This document shows positions 50,386 to 63,065 of a stretch of 64,000 nucleotides of DNA, one piece after another (the first letter of the stretch is position 1; every line of letters begins with the position of its first letter). The translations under genes were made by a program, and so were the position numbers. Below the pieces are notes generated by a model that was not told the DNA's origin, did not search any database, and saw only the letters and a program-made list of their open reading frames with translations. The stretch covers positions 10,044,001-10,108,000 of the forward strand of contig NC_043023.1 in assembly GCF_006345805.1 (NCBI RefSeq), read 5' to 3'. This stretch comes from Octopus sinensis. Taxonomy: Eukaryota.

Positions 50386-51478
50386 TGCTATTACTGAGAA
50401 CCTCCTCTGATATGTGGTATTTGGTCAATAAGGGAGTTTGATATCGTTGCCCTCATTTGCGCCTCCTGCTGCAAGGTAGGTTCATCCGGGATTCTCAACT
50501 GGAAGAAGTTCAGTTTTCTTTTGAAAACACCTACATCCACTTTATGTAGGTCCCTCACGCTCTTTGGGAGAATATCAAAAAGCTGTAGGCACTTGAAACC
50601 CAGGCTGTTGCAGTAAATGGTCCTGAAATGTGACGGTATTGTTGGGATCTTTGGCACTGTGCAGTGGTGACCCGTTCTGGCATTTGTGTAGCTTTCAAAT
50701 CCAAAATTTGGTACAATCCCTTCCAGGATCTTCCAGATGTATATTACTGCATATCTCCCCCATCTTCATTCTAGGGAATAGAGTCTTATCTGTTTCAGCC
50801 TTCCCCAGTAGCTGAGCTGTTGCAATGAGATGATCTTCTTTTAGTAGCTTCGCTGGATTGCTTCAAGGTCCACTGTTAATTTTACACTGTTGGGTGACCA
50901 TAGTTAGGAGCAGTAGTCCAGGCAGCTGAGGATGAATGTCCTCCAGCGGACCATCATGGTTTCTTTCTCTCTGGTTCTGAAGGTTCTCAGAATCCATCCA
51001 GCCTGCCGTCTGCACTTCGTTGTCATCTTGTTAAAGTGCACTTGGAAAGAGGTATCGTCACTCATGTTGATACCCAGATCACACACGAGATTGTAATCCT
51101 CCCCCTGGGCCAGTATACCCTGTATGTGTTCCATTCAATTTTGGGTGCTGGTAGCACAAGGCTTGAAATTTTCCAGCATTAAACTGCATATTATTGTCCT
51201 CAGCCCATCCAACTCCTGCTGCAGGCATGCAATATTGCTGGGGTTCTGTATTTTCTGCGAGACTAACATGTTGTCTCCGTAGCTAGCAAGGGTATCCAGG
51301 CAGCTGAGAGCATATCTGAGAGGGCCACTATGAAAATCGGTGGCTGGCCCTAAGACAGTGCCCTGTGGAACACCACTCACTATTTGTGGTTCCGTTGAAG
51401 TGGTACCACTGGCTACCACTGCCTGACTTCTGTCTTTCAGAAAGTCATGTAACCATTCTCCAATTTTTCCAGCTGAAC
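50386..51478 (-). mobile_element. CR1/L2-group LINE RT and 3' fragment
   Basis: SGVPQGTVLGP, YGDN (YADD-like), GWILRTFRTRE...LDYCS. Confidence 0.9.
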
Positions 51479-52075
51479 AAATAATTTTTTGAGTTTCCTG
51501 TTCATCCTGATGTGGGGGTCATTGTCGAGATGTGCCTTAACTCGTAATCGAATCGCAGCAATGAACTCCTAAAATGGCCATAGGTGTGTTTGACTTGATT
51601 TTGTGGAACTCTTTTTGATCCTGGACTCTAACCTACCATGGTTTTTATGAACTGAACTTTTTTGATGTACTCTTTCATTTGAGGGGAGTAAGAAAAATTT
51701 TTTTTAGTTGATTGATATTTTCTTTTATTTTATTTGGATTTTTAGTAGCATGACACGCTTTAGAATTTTTGGTTGATTGTATATACCTTCTTGATAGGCC
51801 GTTCTATATACCTGCATTTTTTTCGCATATATATTTTTTACCTTTGATGTTTTTTTTATATATGTATACTTTATATGTTTAAGAGCCATGGTAATATTTA
51901 TATATGATCAAATGTTTGGAGGTACGGTGTTATATATAAAGTCATGGACTCGAATTTGATGTTTGTTTTATGATCAATGTTTCTTTATCTCTGTCTCAAT
52001 TACATTTGAGCACTTCTTTTTTGTAGTCCTATAATCCCTTTGTTTCCATAAAAAGGAGACAGAAATTATTTCTTG

Positions 52076-52111
<36 letters not shown>

Positions 52112-52113
<2 letters not shown>

Positions 52114-53488
52114 GGGTGGAGTCTAGCTTGAACCTGCCTGAGATTTGAAACCAGATCTACTGGCTTGTTGCTTGTCGAAACAAGAGGGAAATCTTCCACC
52201 TAGATGATTGATGAGGAAACACTCCACACCCTAGGACCTGTATTGGTCAAGGAAAGGTCAGTCCTTTGTTTAAGGTTTGATCTACATTACTGACTATAGC
52301 CTTTATAACAAAGAGAATCTATCTCTTCGCTTGATGTATCAACTGTGAACAAGGAGCAACATGGGCTGTTAGGGTTAGGGTTACGTGTCAGCCAGGCTTT
52401 TGCATCGGCCTTAAACAAGAGCAGCACTTCCCTTCGCTCAACATGCAAAGAGAGGCTTTCGGCCGCGAGAAAGGCGATGCAACCTTTATCTTCTCTTCCT
52501 TTCTAGTCAGCACCATGACTACCTTACTCTTTCCCTCTCTACAGACAGACAACATTTTTCTACGTATGAACTACTAACTAGTGAGTCATCCTTGTTGTCA
52601 CTATCACTAGAATTGCTACTGTCTCTGTAACAACCTGTTGGGCAAACGAATAGATATATGTAAATAACATTTCTTCCTTCGTGGACTTAATTCTTCGATG
52701 TTCACTGGTTACTCCGATGTGAGAACCTTGAAGTGTTACATCTATACGCTACATTTAGTTGTGGGTTACCTCATATCGATTGGTATGGCACATCACATCT
52801 AGCCTACTACATTTGGTGACCCTGTCGAAGAATCACAGCCTTCACATCACCCGGCAATGAATTGGAACTGGAAAACCCCTGCGATTAATCGGCACATAAT
52901 GTCTCTCTCTGAACGCAGCCCAGCAGCGAACACATCCACTGTCGACATGGCATTCCAGGTGGCAATTACATTGAGGATTCCCCCATTTTGGACATACGAC
53001 CCTGCATTATGGTTTCACCATATAGAGGCCCAATTTTCATCCAACCGAATAGTGATCAATGTGTCTCGACTTACGCATGTGATCAATTCCCTTTCACCAG
53101 AGATCATGAATGTGTTCCATGATCTCATTATGGCACCACCTGGTTCTGTGTCATATGACACTTTCAAAGCCACCCTGATCAAAAGAACTTCAGAGACCCA
53201 ACAAAAGCGACTCCACCAGCTCCTTACATCGGAAGAATTGGGTGACAGAACACCTTCCAGCTTCTACGATGAATGAAGCTGCATCTTGGAGATGAGATCC
53301 TCCCTGAAAAGATTTTTAAGTAGCTTTTTCTCTGGCGTCTGCCCTCCAACACATAGGTGGTCCTCTCTTCCACATGAGAATCCACTTCCATTGAGGAACT
53401 GGCGGAGCTAGCTGACAAAATAGCCGAGGTTCCACATAGATATTCAACAGTATCAACGGTGACACCAGCCATCCCCACTATAATTCTT
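52112..53488 (+). mobile_element. Gypsy LTR retrotransposon 5' portion (LTR, PBS, gag fragment)
   Basis: ...CTACA-TT-TGGTGACCC PBS at 52814; gag IPPFWTYDPALWFHHIEAQF...LGDRTPS; ends at a SINE head at 53489; LTR start uncertain. Confidence 0.85.
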
Positions 53489-53625
53489 AGGAGTGGCTGT
53501 GTGGTAAGTAGCTTGCTTACCAACCACATGGTTCCGGGTTCAGTCCCACTGCGTGGCATCTTGGGCAAGTGTCTTCTACTATATATATATATATATAAGT
53601 AAATATAATGTCTTGTTGAGATAGG

Positions 53626-53727
53626 TTCTCTTTCTTTCCTGATGAGAAGATTGCATTATTTTACACCGTTTATTCCTTTGGAATAAAACCAATGTTGTCC
53701 TTGAAACATATGTCGAATATAAAAGAA
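53626..53727 (+). ncRNA. Type I hammerhead ribozyme motif with complete core
   Basis: TTC-CTGATGA(53639)-stem II-GAAA(53703)-C-ATAT-GTC(53712-14)-GAA; palindromic ACATATGT in stem III; G10.1 pairs with U. Confidence 0.75.
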
Positions 53728-53916
53728 TTTGAATAACATCTGCATTCAACTCCATTTATTTACTTATACTACACAAATTACTGCACATTAACCTGGAGTT
53801 TCTACCTTTGAATAGGTCGCTACATCCTTGTTACTTGCGTGAATTTTGCTACCCTGGTAACTGTTTATTGAATTTACCATGTTAATGGTAAACAAAGAAT
53901 AATTCATTCATCCATT

Positions 53917-53947
<31 letters not shown>

Positions 53948-54093
53948 TTGTATGTTATGTATCTATGTTGTATATATGTATATACATATAATATATGTAT
54001 AAAAGATGTATTATATATGTGTGTATAATATATATATATGTATAAAAGATGTATTATATGTGTGTGTATAATATATATATATGTATAAATATG

Positions 54094-54135
<42 letters not shown>

Positions 54136-54285
54136 GTGGTTGGCGTTAGGAAGGGCATCCAGCTGTAGAAACATTGCCAGATTAGACTGGAGCCTGGTGC
54201 AGCCTTCTGGCTTCCCAGAACCCCGGTCGAACCGTCCAACCCATGCTAGCATGGAGAACGGACGTTAAACGACGATGATGATGAT
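54136..54285 (+). mobile_element. RTE-tailed short element, 3' end
   Basis: GTTGGCGTTAGGAAGGGC...GGACGTTAAACGACGATGATG. Confidence 0.85.
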
Positions 54286-54304
54286 ATATGTATATATATA
54301 TATG

Positions 54305-54351
<47 letters not shown>

Positions 54352-55060
54352 ATATATATATGTATGTATATATATATGTATGTATATATATATATATGTA
54401 TGTATATATATATGTATGTATATATATATATGTATATATGTATATATATATATGTATGTATATATATATATGTATATATATATATATGTATATATATATA
54501 AGTATATATAAATGCATATATATATAAGTATATATAAATATATATATATATATTTATATATATATACATACATATATATATATCAATGTGTGTGTGATAG
54601 GATGTGCTCCATGCATGACACTGTTCCATCCAAATTTTGACACTTGAGGTTAATCAGTTTAAATTCCTTCCATTTTGAATTCAAACTGGATCCTGTACAA
54701 TCAGCGGAGGGCTGTCATAATATAAAAAGCACATCATTAATGAGAGAAACAAGCAGGGGCTTCAACCTGGCCCTCCTTCATTTCATGTTACACCTGTCTC
54801 AGTATTTGGTAACACATCGTTGTGCCACACAATAGCTGCAGTTGGTAGATGCACCTCATAAGGTGGTAGATGCATAAGGAAATACATGCAGTAACCAAAA
54901 CGAAATACTTGAGAGGTACACGGCTTGAAGGGAAGGGAGATCAGGAGAAGGTAGAGTGGGAACACGACCCCCAGAAACACAATTGTGGACTGGTGTTGAT
55001 GAGAATGGGGGCTAAGAATTGACCAGAGTTTGGGGATATAGGCTGTGCTTACATGCCCCC

Positions 55061-55780
55061 TTAACCCTTTCGTTACTGTATTTATTTTGAGATGCTCTGT
55101 GTTTCTTTCAATTACTTTAAATATAACAAAGAATTTAGTAAAATAACTTAGTTATCATTAAGCTAGTGTTAGGAACATAAATTGTGACTAAGGTTTGCTG
55201 GAAGATTTTAATTCAAAACTTAAGAAAACAAGACATTTGTACTACAGAGCCAGAGGTGGTTTCACATGGGTTGGTATCGAAAGGGTTAAGAATTGTTTCT
55301 CTATTATATATTTTAACCCTTTTGTTACCATATTTCTGTTGAGATGCTCTGTGTTTCTTTCAATTAATTTTAAATATAACAAAGAATTTAGTAAAATAAC
55401 TTAGTTATTATTAAGCTAGTTTTAGGAACATAAATTGTGACTAAGGTTTGGTGGAAGATTTTAATTCAGATCTTTTGGAAACAAGACATTTGTACTCAGA
55501 GCCAGAGCCAGTTTCAGCTGGGTTGGTATCAAAAGGGTTAAGAATTGTTTCTCTATTATATATTTTAAAGCCTTTTGTTACCATATTCTGTAGAGATGGT
55601 CTGTGTTTCTTTCAATTATTTTAAATATAACAAATAATTTAGTAAAATAACTTAAGCTAGTGTTAGGAACAAATTGTGACTAAGGTTTCATGGAATATTT
55701 TAATTCAAAACTTATGAAAACAAGACATTTTACCACAGAGCCAGAGCCAGTTTCAGCCGGGTTAGTATCAAAAGGGTTAA
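55061..55780. mobile_element. Three tandem TTAA/CCC MITEs (piggyBac-type ends)
   Basis: TTAA-CCCTTT...AAAGGG-TTAA units at 55061-55289, 55313-55541 and 55565-55780. Confidence 0.85.
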
Positions 55781-56272
55781 GAGAGGGGAGACAGGCGGGT
55801 AAGTAGATAACATATCAGGTGACCAGTAAGAGATTCTGGGTGCAATAATCAAGCACCACTGGGGTTTGTGGTAGCACCATTGATAGATGCGTCCAACTAC
55901 ATACAAACCTGCGGATACGCATTAACACATTAATATGCTTGCTTCCCCAGCCACTCATGCGCAGAGAGTTGGTGGGTTGGTGGGGGCGGGGAATGAGTAG
56001 GAGGATTCCTTGAGCAAGAACCTTTATTTCACGTTGCTCCAGTCTACTCAGCGAAAATGAGTTGTGCCTGTATTTCAAAGGGTCAGCCTTGTCACACTCT
56101 GTGTCATGCTGAATCTCCCTCAGAACTACATTAGGGGTACACACGTCTGTGGTGTACTCAACCATTTGCATGTTAATTTTACAAATGAGCTGTTCCGTCT
56201 TCTTTAAATTGCTCTTTACTTCATTTTATAAGTTTTTAAAAACTATCTTACTTTCCTTTCTATTCAAAAGAC

Positions 56273-56356
56273 ATGGATGTGAAGAAGATTATAAGCAACA
56301 TTCTGACTGGGAACTTTCAAGATGTGAAACGATTTATGAAAGAAAATCCTGATAAA
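56273..56356 (+). CDS. Ankyrin-repeat protein, coding exon 1 in window
   Basis: AAAG|ACATG...GATAAA|GTAGGT; encodes MDVKKIISNILTGNFQDVKRFMKENPDK and ends in phase 0, compatible with the next exon. Confidence 0.65.
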
Positions 56357-56549
56357 GTAGGTTTACTTCATATTGCTTCTTCAATGTTGAATGTTTGTTT
56401 ATTATTTTATACACAATATTAAATGTTCCTAAATAACCAGATATATTTGTCCAAAATATTTCATTTCTTTCTTTACCGCTTTCCTCTAATCCTCATCATT
56501 GTCACTTTTTATAAATATTCAACCAGACAATGAGGTATGCCAGAATTGA

Positions 56550-56760
56550 TGGAATGTCAGTGAGAGAGAAACCCATCCTGACACACTGCAATGGAGTATT
56601 CTGGCAGGAAATATTCATTCCAAGAGATGGGGGACAGATGGACCCAATAGATAAATGGTGACTTTGTCAAGAAATTCTCTTGCCATACACAGTTAAAGGT
56701 TTTACCGACGTCAAGGGCTACAGTATTTCTTTTGCAGAAGTTGTCAAACATAACTAAAAC
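56550..56760 (-). mobile_element. Decayed CR1/L2-type RT fragment in the ankyrin intron
   Basis: VALDVGKTFNCVWQENFLTK resembles ALDISKAFDRVWH. Confidence 0.6.
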
Positions 56761-58186
56761 ACTGGGAAGTCACGTAGGAATCAGACCCCTGCTTGAACCA
56801 GCTTTATGGAAATGTACTGGGGCTCATTGAATAGAGAAAGATACCCAAAGGGACAAAGATAACGGTTGTTTATGACTTTTTACTTCATAATTGAAATATT
56901 GGAAGTTAGAATGACTGGCTGGTAGTCAGCAGACAGGACACTATCAGCAAGAATTATAAAACAGGGCTTCTCTAAGATAGTAGTACTACCCTTGGGTAGG
57001 GATTGCGAAGAATTTTATAAGGACCAGAGAGCCAAGGAGGCTATGGTGGTACAAATATATGAAACTCAATGTGTAGTTGAGTTTAGATCAGAAACTAAAG
57101 TGAAGTGGTGATGCATCAAATGTTCACTTATTGTGGGGTGGTGCCGTGGTAAGTAGTCACCCATGTCAAGACTAGGACCCAAAGGTAAATTAATCTGACC
57201 TGTGAGAACATTAAAAATCAGAGATATTGAATCATAGCAAGAAAAGGGGCATTGAAAAACTCTTAGTAAATAAAAAAGGGCCACAATTGAAAAGTTTAAG
57301 AAGCACTGGTATAGAACCATCATGGTTAGGGAGTGGTGGGTGGAATGATTCTGTAAAATCTATAGAGATACTCTTGGTAAGAGACCAGAAAATGAGGCTT
57401 TAATTTGGGAGGGAAGACAGCTGACAAATGGTGAAATGCAGAAAAAACATCCTTTATTTTCTTGATGACCATCATACATGTATTTCAATGGTGGGTGAAT
57501 GTCTGCCAGTTAGTGAGGGTAGGTGTTTTCCTCAAGGAGAAGTCGATAGTGTTGTTTGTACAGCTGTAATACAGTTGTGTATGAACCACTCACACCTTTT
57601 TAAATATTGTATGGCTACAAACTAATGTAAGCCCTGATACTGCTGCCGCACTTAGGCTCAAAATTCTGATCACTACTTTCATAATATTTCTTATTTTCTC
57701 CATTGTTTCTTTTCATTTGTGTCTACTTTTCCATAGCTGCTCATATTTAGTTGTGATTGGTGTCGTTCCAAAGATGTCACAGATGTCTAATTACAAGTAA
57801 TTACTTTGTAATAGATTTTCAATCTTTTCCTTGAGCTTAAGCATGAACTGAACAGTCTTTATTTATCTGTTTACCTGTTACACCTTGATTTACCTGTGCT
57901 CTACACTTTTCTTGTAGATTTGCTTTCATTCTTTTCCAAGTAGATCCCATGTTGCTGTTTCACCAGACATATGGCATCTGAAGATCCATGCTTCATTTCA
58001 AACATCCTGTTCTTCTCTCACCATTTCTTAAATCTCCTTCATCATTATAGCATTAAATAAAAAGTGCTACTATGCCAGACATCAGTGATAACACAGTGTA
58101 GAATTTCATGAGCTTTACCAGGGAATACTAAACTAAAATCTCTCTCCTTTGATATATTTTATATATCTTCTCTTTCTTCTCTTCAG

Positions 58187-58338
58187 GTCAACCAAATAAA
58201 CTCACACAGTCAAACTTTCTTAATGGAAGCTTGTGAACAGGGCAGCACAAGTCTCATAGCCTTCTTGATAGAATCTGGAGCCAATATGGACATGAGTGAC
58301 AAAGAAGGTCTGACAGCATTACATTATGCTGTGAAAAG
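58187..58338 (+). CDS. Ankyrin-repeat protein, exon 2
   Basis: TTCAG|...|GTAAGG; VNQINSHSQTFLMEACEQG...GANMDMSDKEGLTALHYAVK; ends in phase 2. Confidence 0.9.
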
Positions 58339-58937
58339 GTAAGGCTTGAATTAACTAAAATCTTCAGATCTGCTTTTGTTTTGAAATTTTTTGCAATTCC
58401 AGACTATTTGAATATCCAAAGATACCATAATAGTGGCAGTGTGACACGATAACAGCATGATAGTAGTAACCAAATAACATCTTTTTCTCATTTTCTCCAT
58501 GAATCCTCTTCATTGAATCACCAAAATCTTTTTCGTTATTTGTTGTCAAAACAGATTACTTTTGTTTTGGAGATATTCTTTGAGAGCCAACAGTTCTTAA
58601 GATTGACCCATTGTGATTCAGTGTCTTCTCTTCATATTGATTATGGAGAGATCAATCAATTTTTCTCCAAAGAAAATGTTATTTGAGATCTAAAGCAACA
58701 AGAAAGATTCTCAAGCTTGTTTTGGCAGTAAATAATCTGTAAATTTCTTACAGAAATTATTTCTCACCTCCATCTGCAACTCACTCAACACATTTTGAGA
58801 TCTATTATATTTTGAATTGTGCTTCATAAGGTCATCTCTGGACAATAAAACATGTTTTGAAGTTCTTGTTAGTTTCTATAGCTTCTGCAGTCACAAGTTG
58901 TTCCAGAATTTTGCACAAACACACAAACACACACACA

Positions 58938-59130
58938 CCATCATCGTCATCGAATGTTCCTTTTCCATGCTGGCATGGGTAGGAGGGTTTGATAGGAACA
59001 GACAAGTCAGAAGACCACACCAAACACTACTGTCTGCTTAGGTTTGGTTTCTATGGCTGGACGACCTTCCTAACACCAACCACTTTGCAGAGTGTACTGG
59101 ATGCCTTTTACATGCCATCAGAACCAGTGA
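58938..59130 (-). mobile_element. Older RTE-tailed short element
   Basis: CATCATCGTCATCG...CCATGCTGGCATGGGT...CCTTCCTAACACCAACCAC. Confidence 0.7.
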
Positions 59131-59358
59131 GGTCACCAATTAATTGCAAGACAAAGACCTCTCGACTGGTTGAGGTGGTGGGGTGGGGGAGCTAATATTG
59201 CTGGAGAGAAAGGTGTCTTGCATTAGAAGAGGGACATGGCTCCTTCAGATGGAGAAGACAGAGGAGGGAAACACTAGGTTAAAATCTTGTGTTTGGCCCA
59301 AGCAAAGAAAAAAGGAAAAAATAGTGCAATAGGTGTGAAACAACATGTAGTAAACGAA

Positions 59359-59705
59359 TACTCTTACTCTTTTACTTGTTTCAGTCATTTGGCTGCGGCC
59401 ATGCTGGAGCACTGCCTTTAATCGAGCAACTCGACCCCGGGACTTATTCTTTGTAAGCCCAGTACTTATTCTATCAGTCTCTTTTGCTGAACCGCTAAGT
59501 GACGGAGACATAAACACACCGGCATCGGTTGTCAAGCAATGCTAGGGGGACAAACACAGACACACAAACACACACATATATATATATACATATATACGAC
59601 GAGCTTCTTTCAGTTTCCGTCTACTAAATCCACTCATAAGGCTTTGGTCGGCCCGAACCATGTGGTTGGTAAGCAAGCTACTTACCACACAGCCTCTCCT
59701 GCACC
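59359..59705 (-). mobile_element. Family A SINE
   Basis: Matches 27459-27852 with a short internal deletion. Confidence 0.9.
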
Positions 59706-59720
59706 TATGGAAAAAATATA

Positions 59721-60135
59721 TGGCGAACTGGAGGTGGGGAGACGACTCGGAAAATTCAAATCTCACCACTTCCCCATTCGTCGGCGAATTTTTTGTTCTT
59801 TATTTTCGTTTTTTACACCTAAGTTTACACCCGGTACTCTACTTTTGTTCCATTTTTGTGACAGTGTGGGTGGGTGGGGTGCGGACTCGGATGATTCACA
59901 CGATCCGGTAACCCCACTAGACAACCGGTCCCAAAAATGAAAACAAGAAGTGTAATAGGTGTAAAGCAACGTTGAGTTTTCGGACCCTGTGAGATTGATC
60001 GTGTGAATTTTCTGAGTCGTCTCCACCACCCCTCGTTCGCCAGAGTGTATTTTTTTTTACATATTCGTTTAATACATTTTATTTTACACCTATTGCACAA
60101 TGTTTTTTGCTCAAGTCAAACACTGGAGTTTAACT

Positions 60136-60179
<44 letters not shown>

Positions 60180-60450
60180 AAAAACAATACACGCTGGCGA
60201 ACGTGGGGTGGTGGAGACGACTCGGAAAATTCACATGATCAATCTCACAGGGTCCGAAAACTCAACGTTGCTTTACACCTATTACACTTCTTGTTTTCAT
60301 TTTTGGGACCGGTTGTCGAGTGGGGTTACCGGATCGTGTGAATCATCTGAGTCCGCACCTCACCCACCCGCCCCGTCACAAAAATTGAACAAAAGTAGAG
60401 TACCGGGTGTAAAATAATGTGTAAAAAACGAAAATGAAGAACAAAAAAAA
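59721..60450. mobile_element. Two inverted copies of a TGGCGAA-ended MITE
   Basis: Copy 59721-60042 has TIRs; copy 60195-60450 is its reverse complement. Confidence 0.85.
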
Positions 60451-61210
60451 ATATATACATATATATATACACACATATATATATATATATATATACACAC
60501 ACATATAATAAATATGGGTGTGTTTATATATTCATTTATGTGTGTTATATGACCGCCATACTTCCTTGTTGGTCACTGTTTCTTTTGGCGGTAAAAATAC
60601 GCCTCGTTGCCCTTAACAACAAACTTTCTCTTGCATAGTCTGTTGCTATGACAACATTACATTTGCAGACGTAGTTTTCCCGCCAATTATGACGTGCTGC
60701 TGTTGTTTTTTTTTTTAGATTGATGAGAAATCTGCTATCAATTAGTTTGTCTATAATTTTCAGACATTCCATCTTTCGCAAAAGGATTACAATATATTTT
60801 TCAATGTATACCAAATATGTAGATACTAACAACGGTACTTAATCCTTGTTTTGTATTGTACACTCGCTGGAATAAAAATATTTATACTTTATACCCTCAC
60901 CTATTAATATGTGTATACACACACACGTACACATTTGTTTACTGTGTATTAACGATTATACGTATTTCAGTGGCTCATATTTCTCTGTCTGTCTGTCTCT
61001 CTATATACATACATATATATATACGTATACATACATACACATATATGCATATATAAATATATATATATACATTCACATATACACCTATATAATATTATTG
61101 ACTTTGACATTTCAACTAGTGATATGAACCGTTGATATATATATGTATGTGTGTGTGTGTGTATATGTATATATATATATATATATATACATATATATAT
61201 GGTGTATATA

Positions 61211-61243
<33 letters not shown>

Positions 61244-61304
61244 TATATATATATATATATATTATTAGTGAATGGAATAAATGGAGTTGAACGAAGATTG
61301 TACA

Positions 61305-61415
61305 GAATTCCTTTTATTACATTCTACACATGTTTCGAAGGCCACAAATTTCCAAATTCTGTTTAAATAAGGGTACCATATTGCGGCTTTCTCTTCAGGA
61401 AAAAAACAGGAATTC
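61305..61415 (-). ncRNA. Type I hammerhead motif, mirror copy in the left arm of hairpin D
   Basis: Reverse complement of 61470-61580. Confidence 0.75.
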
Positions 61416-61469
61416 CGTTGACAGGACAAAACAAAACAGAGGCACAGCAATTGTTCTGTCCTGTCAACG

Positions 61470-61580
61470 GAATTCCTGTTTTTTTCCTGAAGAGAAAGCC
61501 GCAATATGGTACCCTTATTTAAACAGAATTTGGAAATTTGTGGCCTTCGAAACATGTGTAGAATGTAATAAAAGGAATTC
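61470..61580 (+). ncRNA. Type I hammerhead ribozyme motif with complete core
   Basis: TTC-CTGAAGA(61487)-GAAAGCCGCAA/TTGTGGCCTTC-GAAA(61549)-C-ATGT-GTA(61558-60)-GAA; distal stem I GAATTCCT/AGGAATTC. Confidence 0.78.
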
Positions 61581-61772
61581 TATACAATCTTCGTTCAACT
61601 CCATTTCTTCCATTCACTAATAATATTAAACTTCAATTATCCGCTCCAACGCATGGTTGCAACACCAAATGGTCTTATCTCCAACCGTGCTGTTTTCCGC
61701 TGTGATTTTTGCTACCCAGGTATCGGTTAAACCTTTGAATAATCTGTTACAAGAAAATTCATCTTTCTATTT

Positions 61773-61831
<59 letters not shown>

Positions 61832-61888
61832 ATTTTTTTTGATTTTTCCAGTTTCAGCTTATGAGCTGTGGCCATATATATATATATA

Positions 61889-62590
61889 GGCATACTTACA
61901 CAACTGGGACCCCGAAGAATTTGTTTCCTTATAACTTTTAGACAGATGGATATCTTTTAATGAAATTTCTTTGACAAAAATGCTTCAGATGATGAAGATT
62001 CCAATTATATTGGAATTTGTTGTGAAAACAAATTTTCAAACGTTGAGAAGTTGTCTTAAATCCTTATAGAAACTTTCAGAAAAATGGTTCTTTTGTTTGT
62101 GTGAAAATTTCTACAAATCCCTTTCAAATGGATTAGATTAGGATTATATCGGAATTTAACGTGAAAAAACATTAAATATTTGGTGGATACACACACATAT
62201 ATACTGACACACATCACGGTTATTTTTCCAAAGTTCATCTTTTCATTTTCTGATGTGTATCAGTGTATATCTCTGCGAATCCACCCAGTTTTTTAATTTT
62301 TCTTCATATTAAATTCCGATATAAGTGGAATCTTCACCATCTGAAACGGTTTTATTGAAAATTTCATTAGAAAATATTTATTTTTTTGGAAAGAAAGCCG
62401 ACTCGGGTGAACTTTCCGAAATTTCTCTCTGCACCCACTAAAAATTTTTTCTCACAATAAATTCCAATATAATTGGAATCTTCGCCTTCTGAAGCATATT
62501 TTTGAAAGAAATTTCATTAAAAAATATCCATTTTTCTAAAAGTTACAGGGAAAGAAATTTGTCGGGGGAGCACACTTGTGTAGTTATGTC
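61889..62590. mobile_element. AT-rich MITE with ~150 bp TIRs
   Basis: 61889-62040 is inverted at 62440-62590; relatives at 9050-9400 and 29440-30350. Confidence 0.7.
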
Positions 62591-62637
62591 TCTACAGGCA
62601 TGCATGCACACAGACATATATATATATATATATATAT

Positions 62638-63025
62638 CATCATCATCATCATCGTCGTTTAACATCCGTTCTCCATGCTAGCATGGGTTGGACGGTTCGA
62701 CCGGGGATCTGGGAAGCCAGAAGGCTGCACCAGGCTCCAGTCTTATCTTACAGTGTTTCTACAGCCAACCACTCCGTGAGTGTAGTGGGTGCTTTTTACG
62801 TGCCACCTGCACAGGTGCCAGGCGAGGCTGGCAACGGCCACGGTCGGATTGGTGTATTTTATGTGCCACCGGCACGGAAGCCAGACGAGGCGGTGCTGGC
62901 ATCGGCTACGAGTCGGATGGTGCTTTTTACGTACCACCAGACCAGGGATCCTGGCTGGTTCAATTCGATTTCGATTTCGCTTGCCCCAACATGTCTTCGC
63001 AAGCAAGGGGGTTGGCATGGGTGCC
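62638..63025 (-). mobile_element. RTE-tailed short element
   Basis: (CAT)n CGTTTAACATCCGTTCTCCATGCTAGCATGGGTTGG and repeated TTTTACGTGCCACC units. Confidence 0.85.
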
Positions 63026-63028
63026 TGT

Positions 63029-63065
<37 letters not shown>

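Larger units (their letters stand above)
61259..61626. repeat. Fold-back inverted repeat D (176 bp arms, 16 nt spacer)
   Basis: 61259-61434 vs 61451-61626, 3 mismatches; abuts (TA)n. Confidence 0.98.

Noticed and set aside
61265-61620. Two nearly identical 96-aa ORFs on opposite strands
   Set aside because: A mirror artefact of hairpin D.
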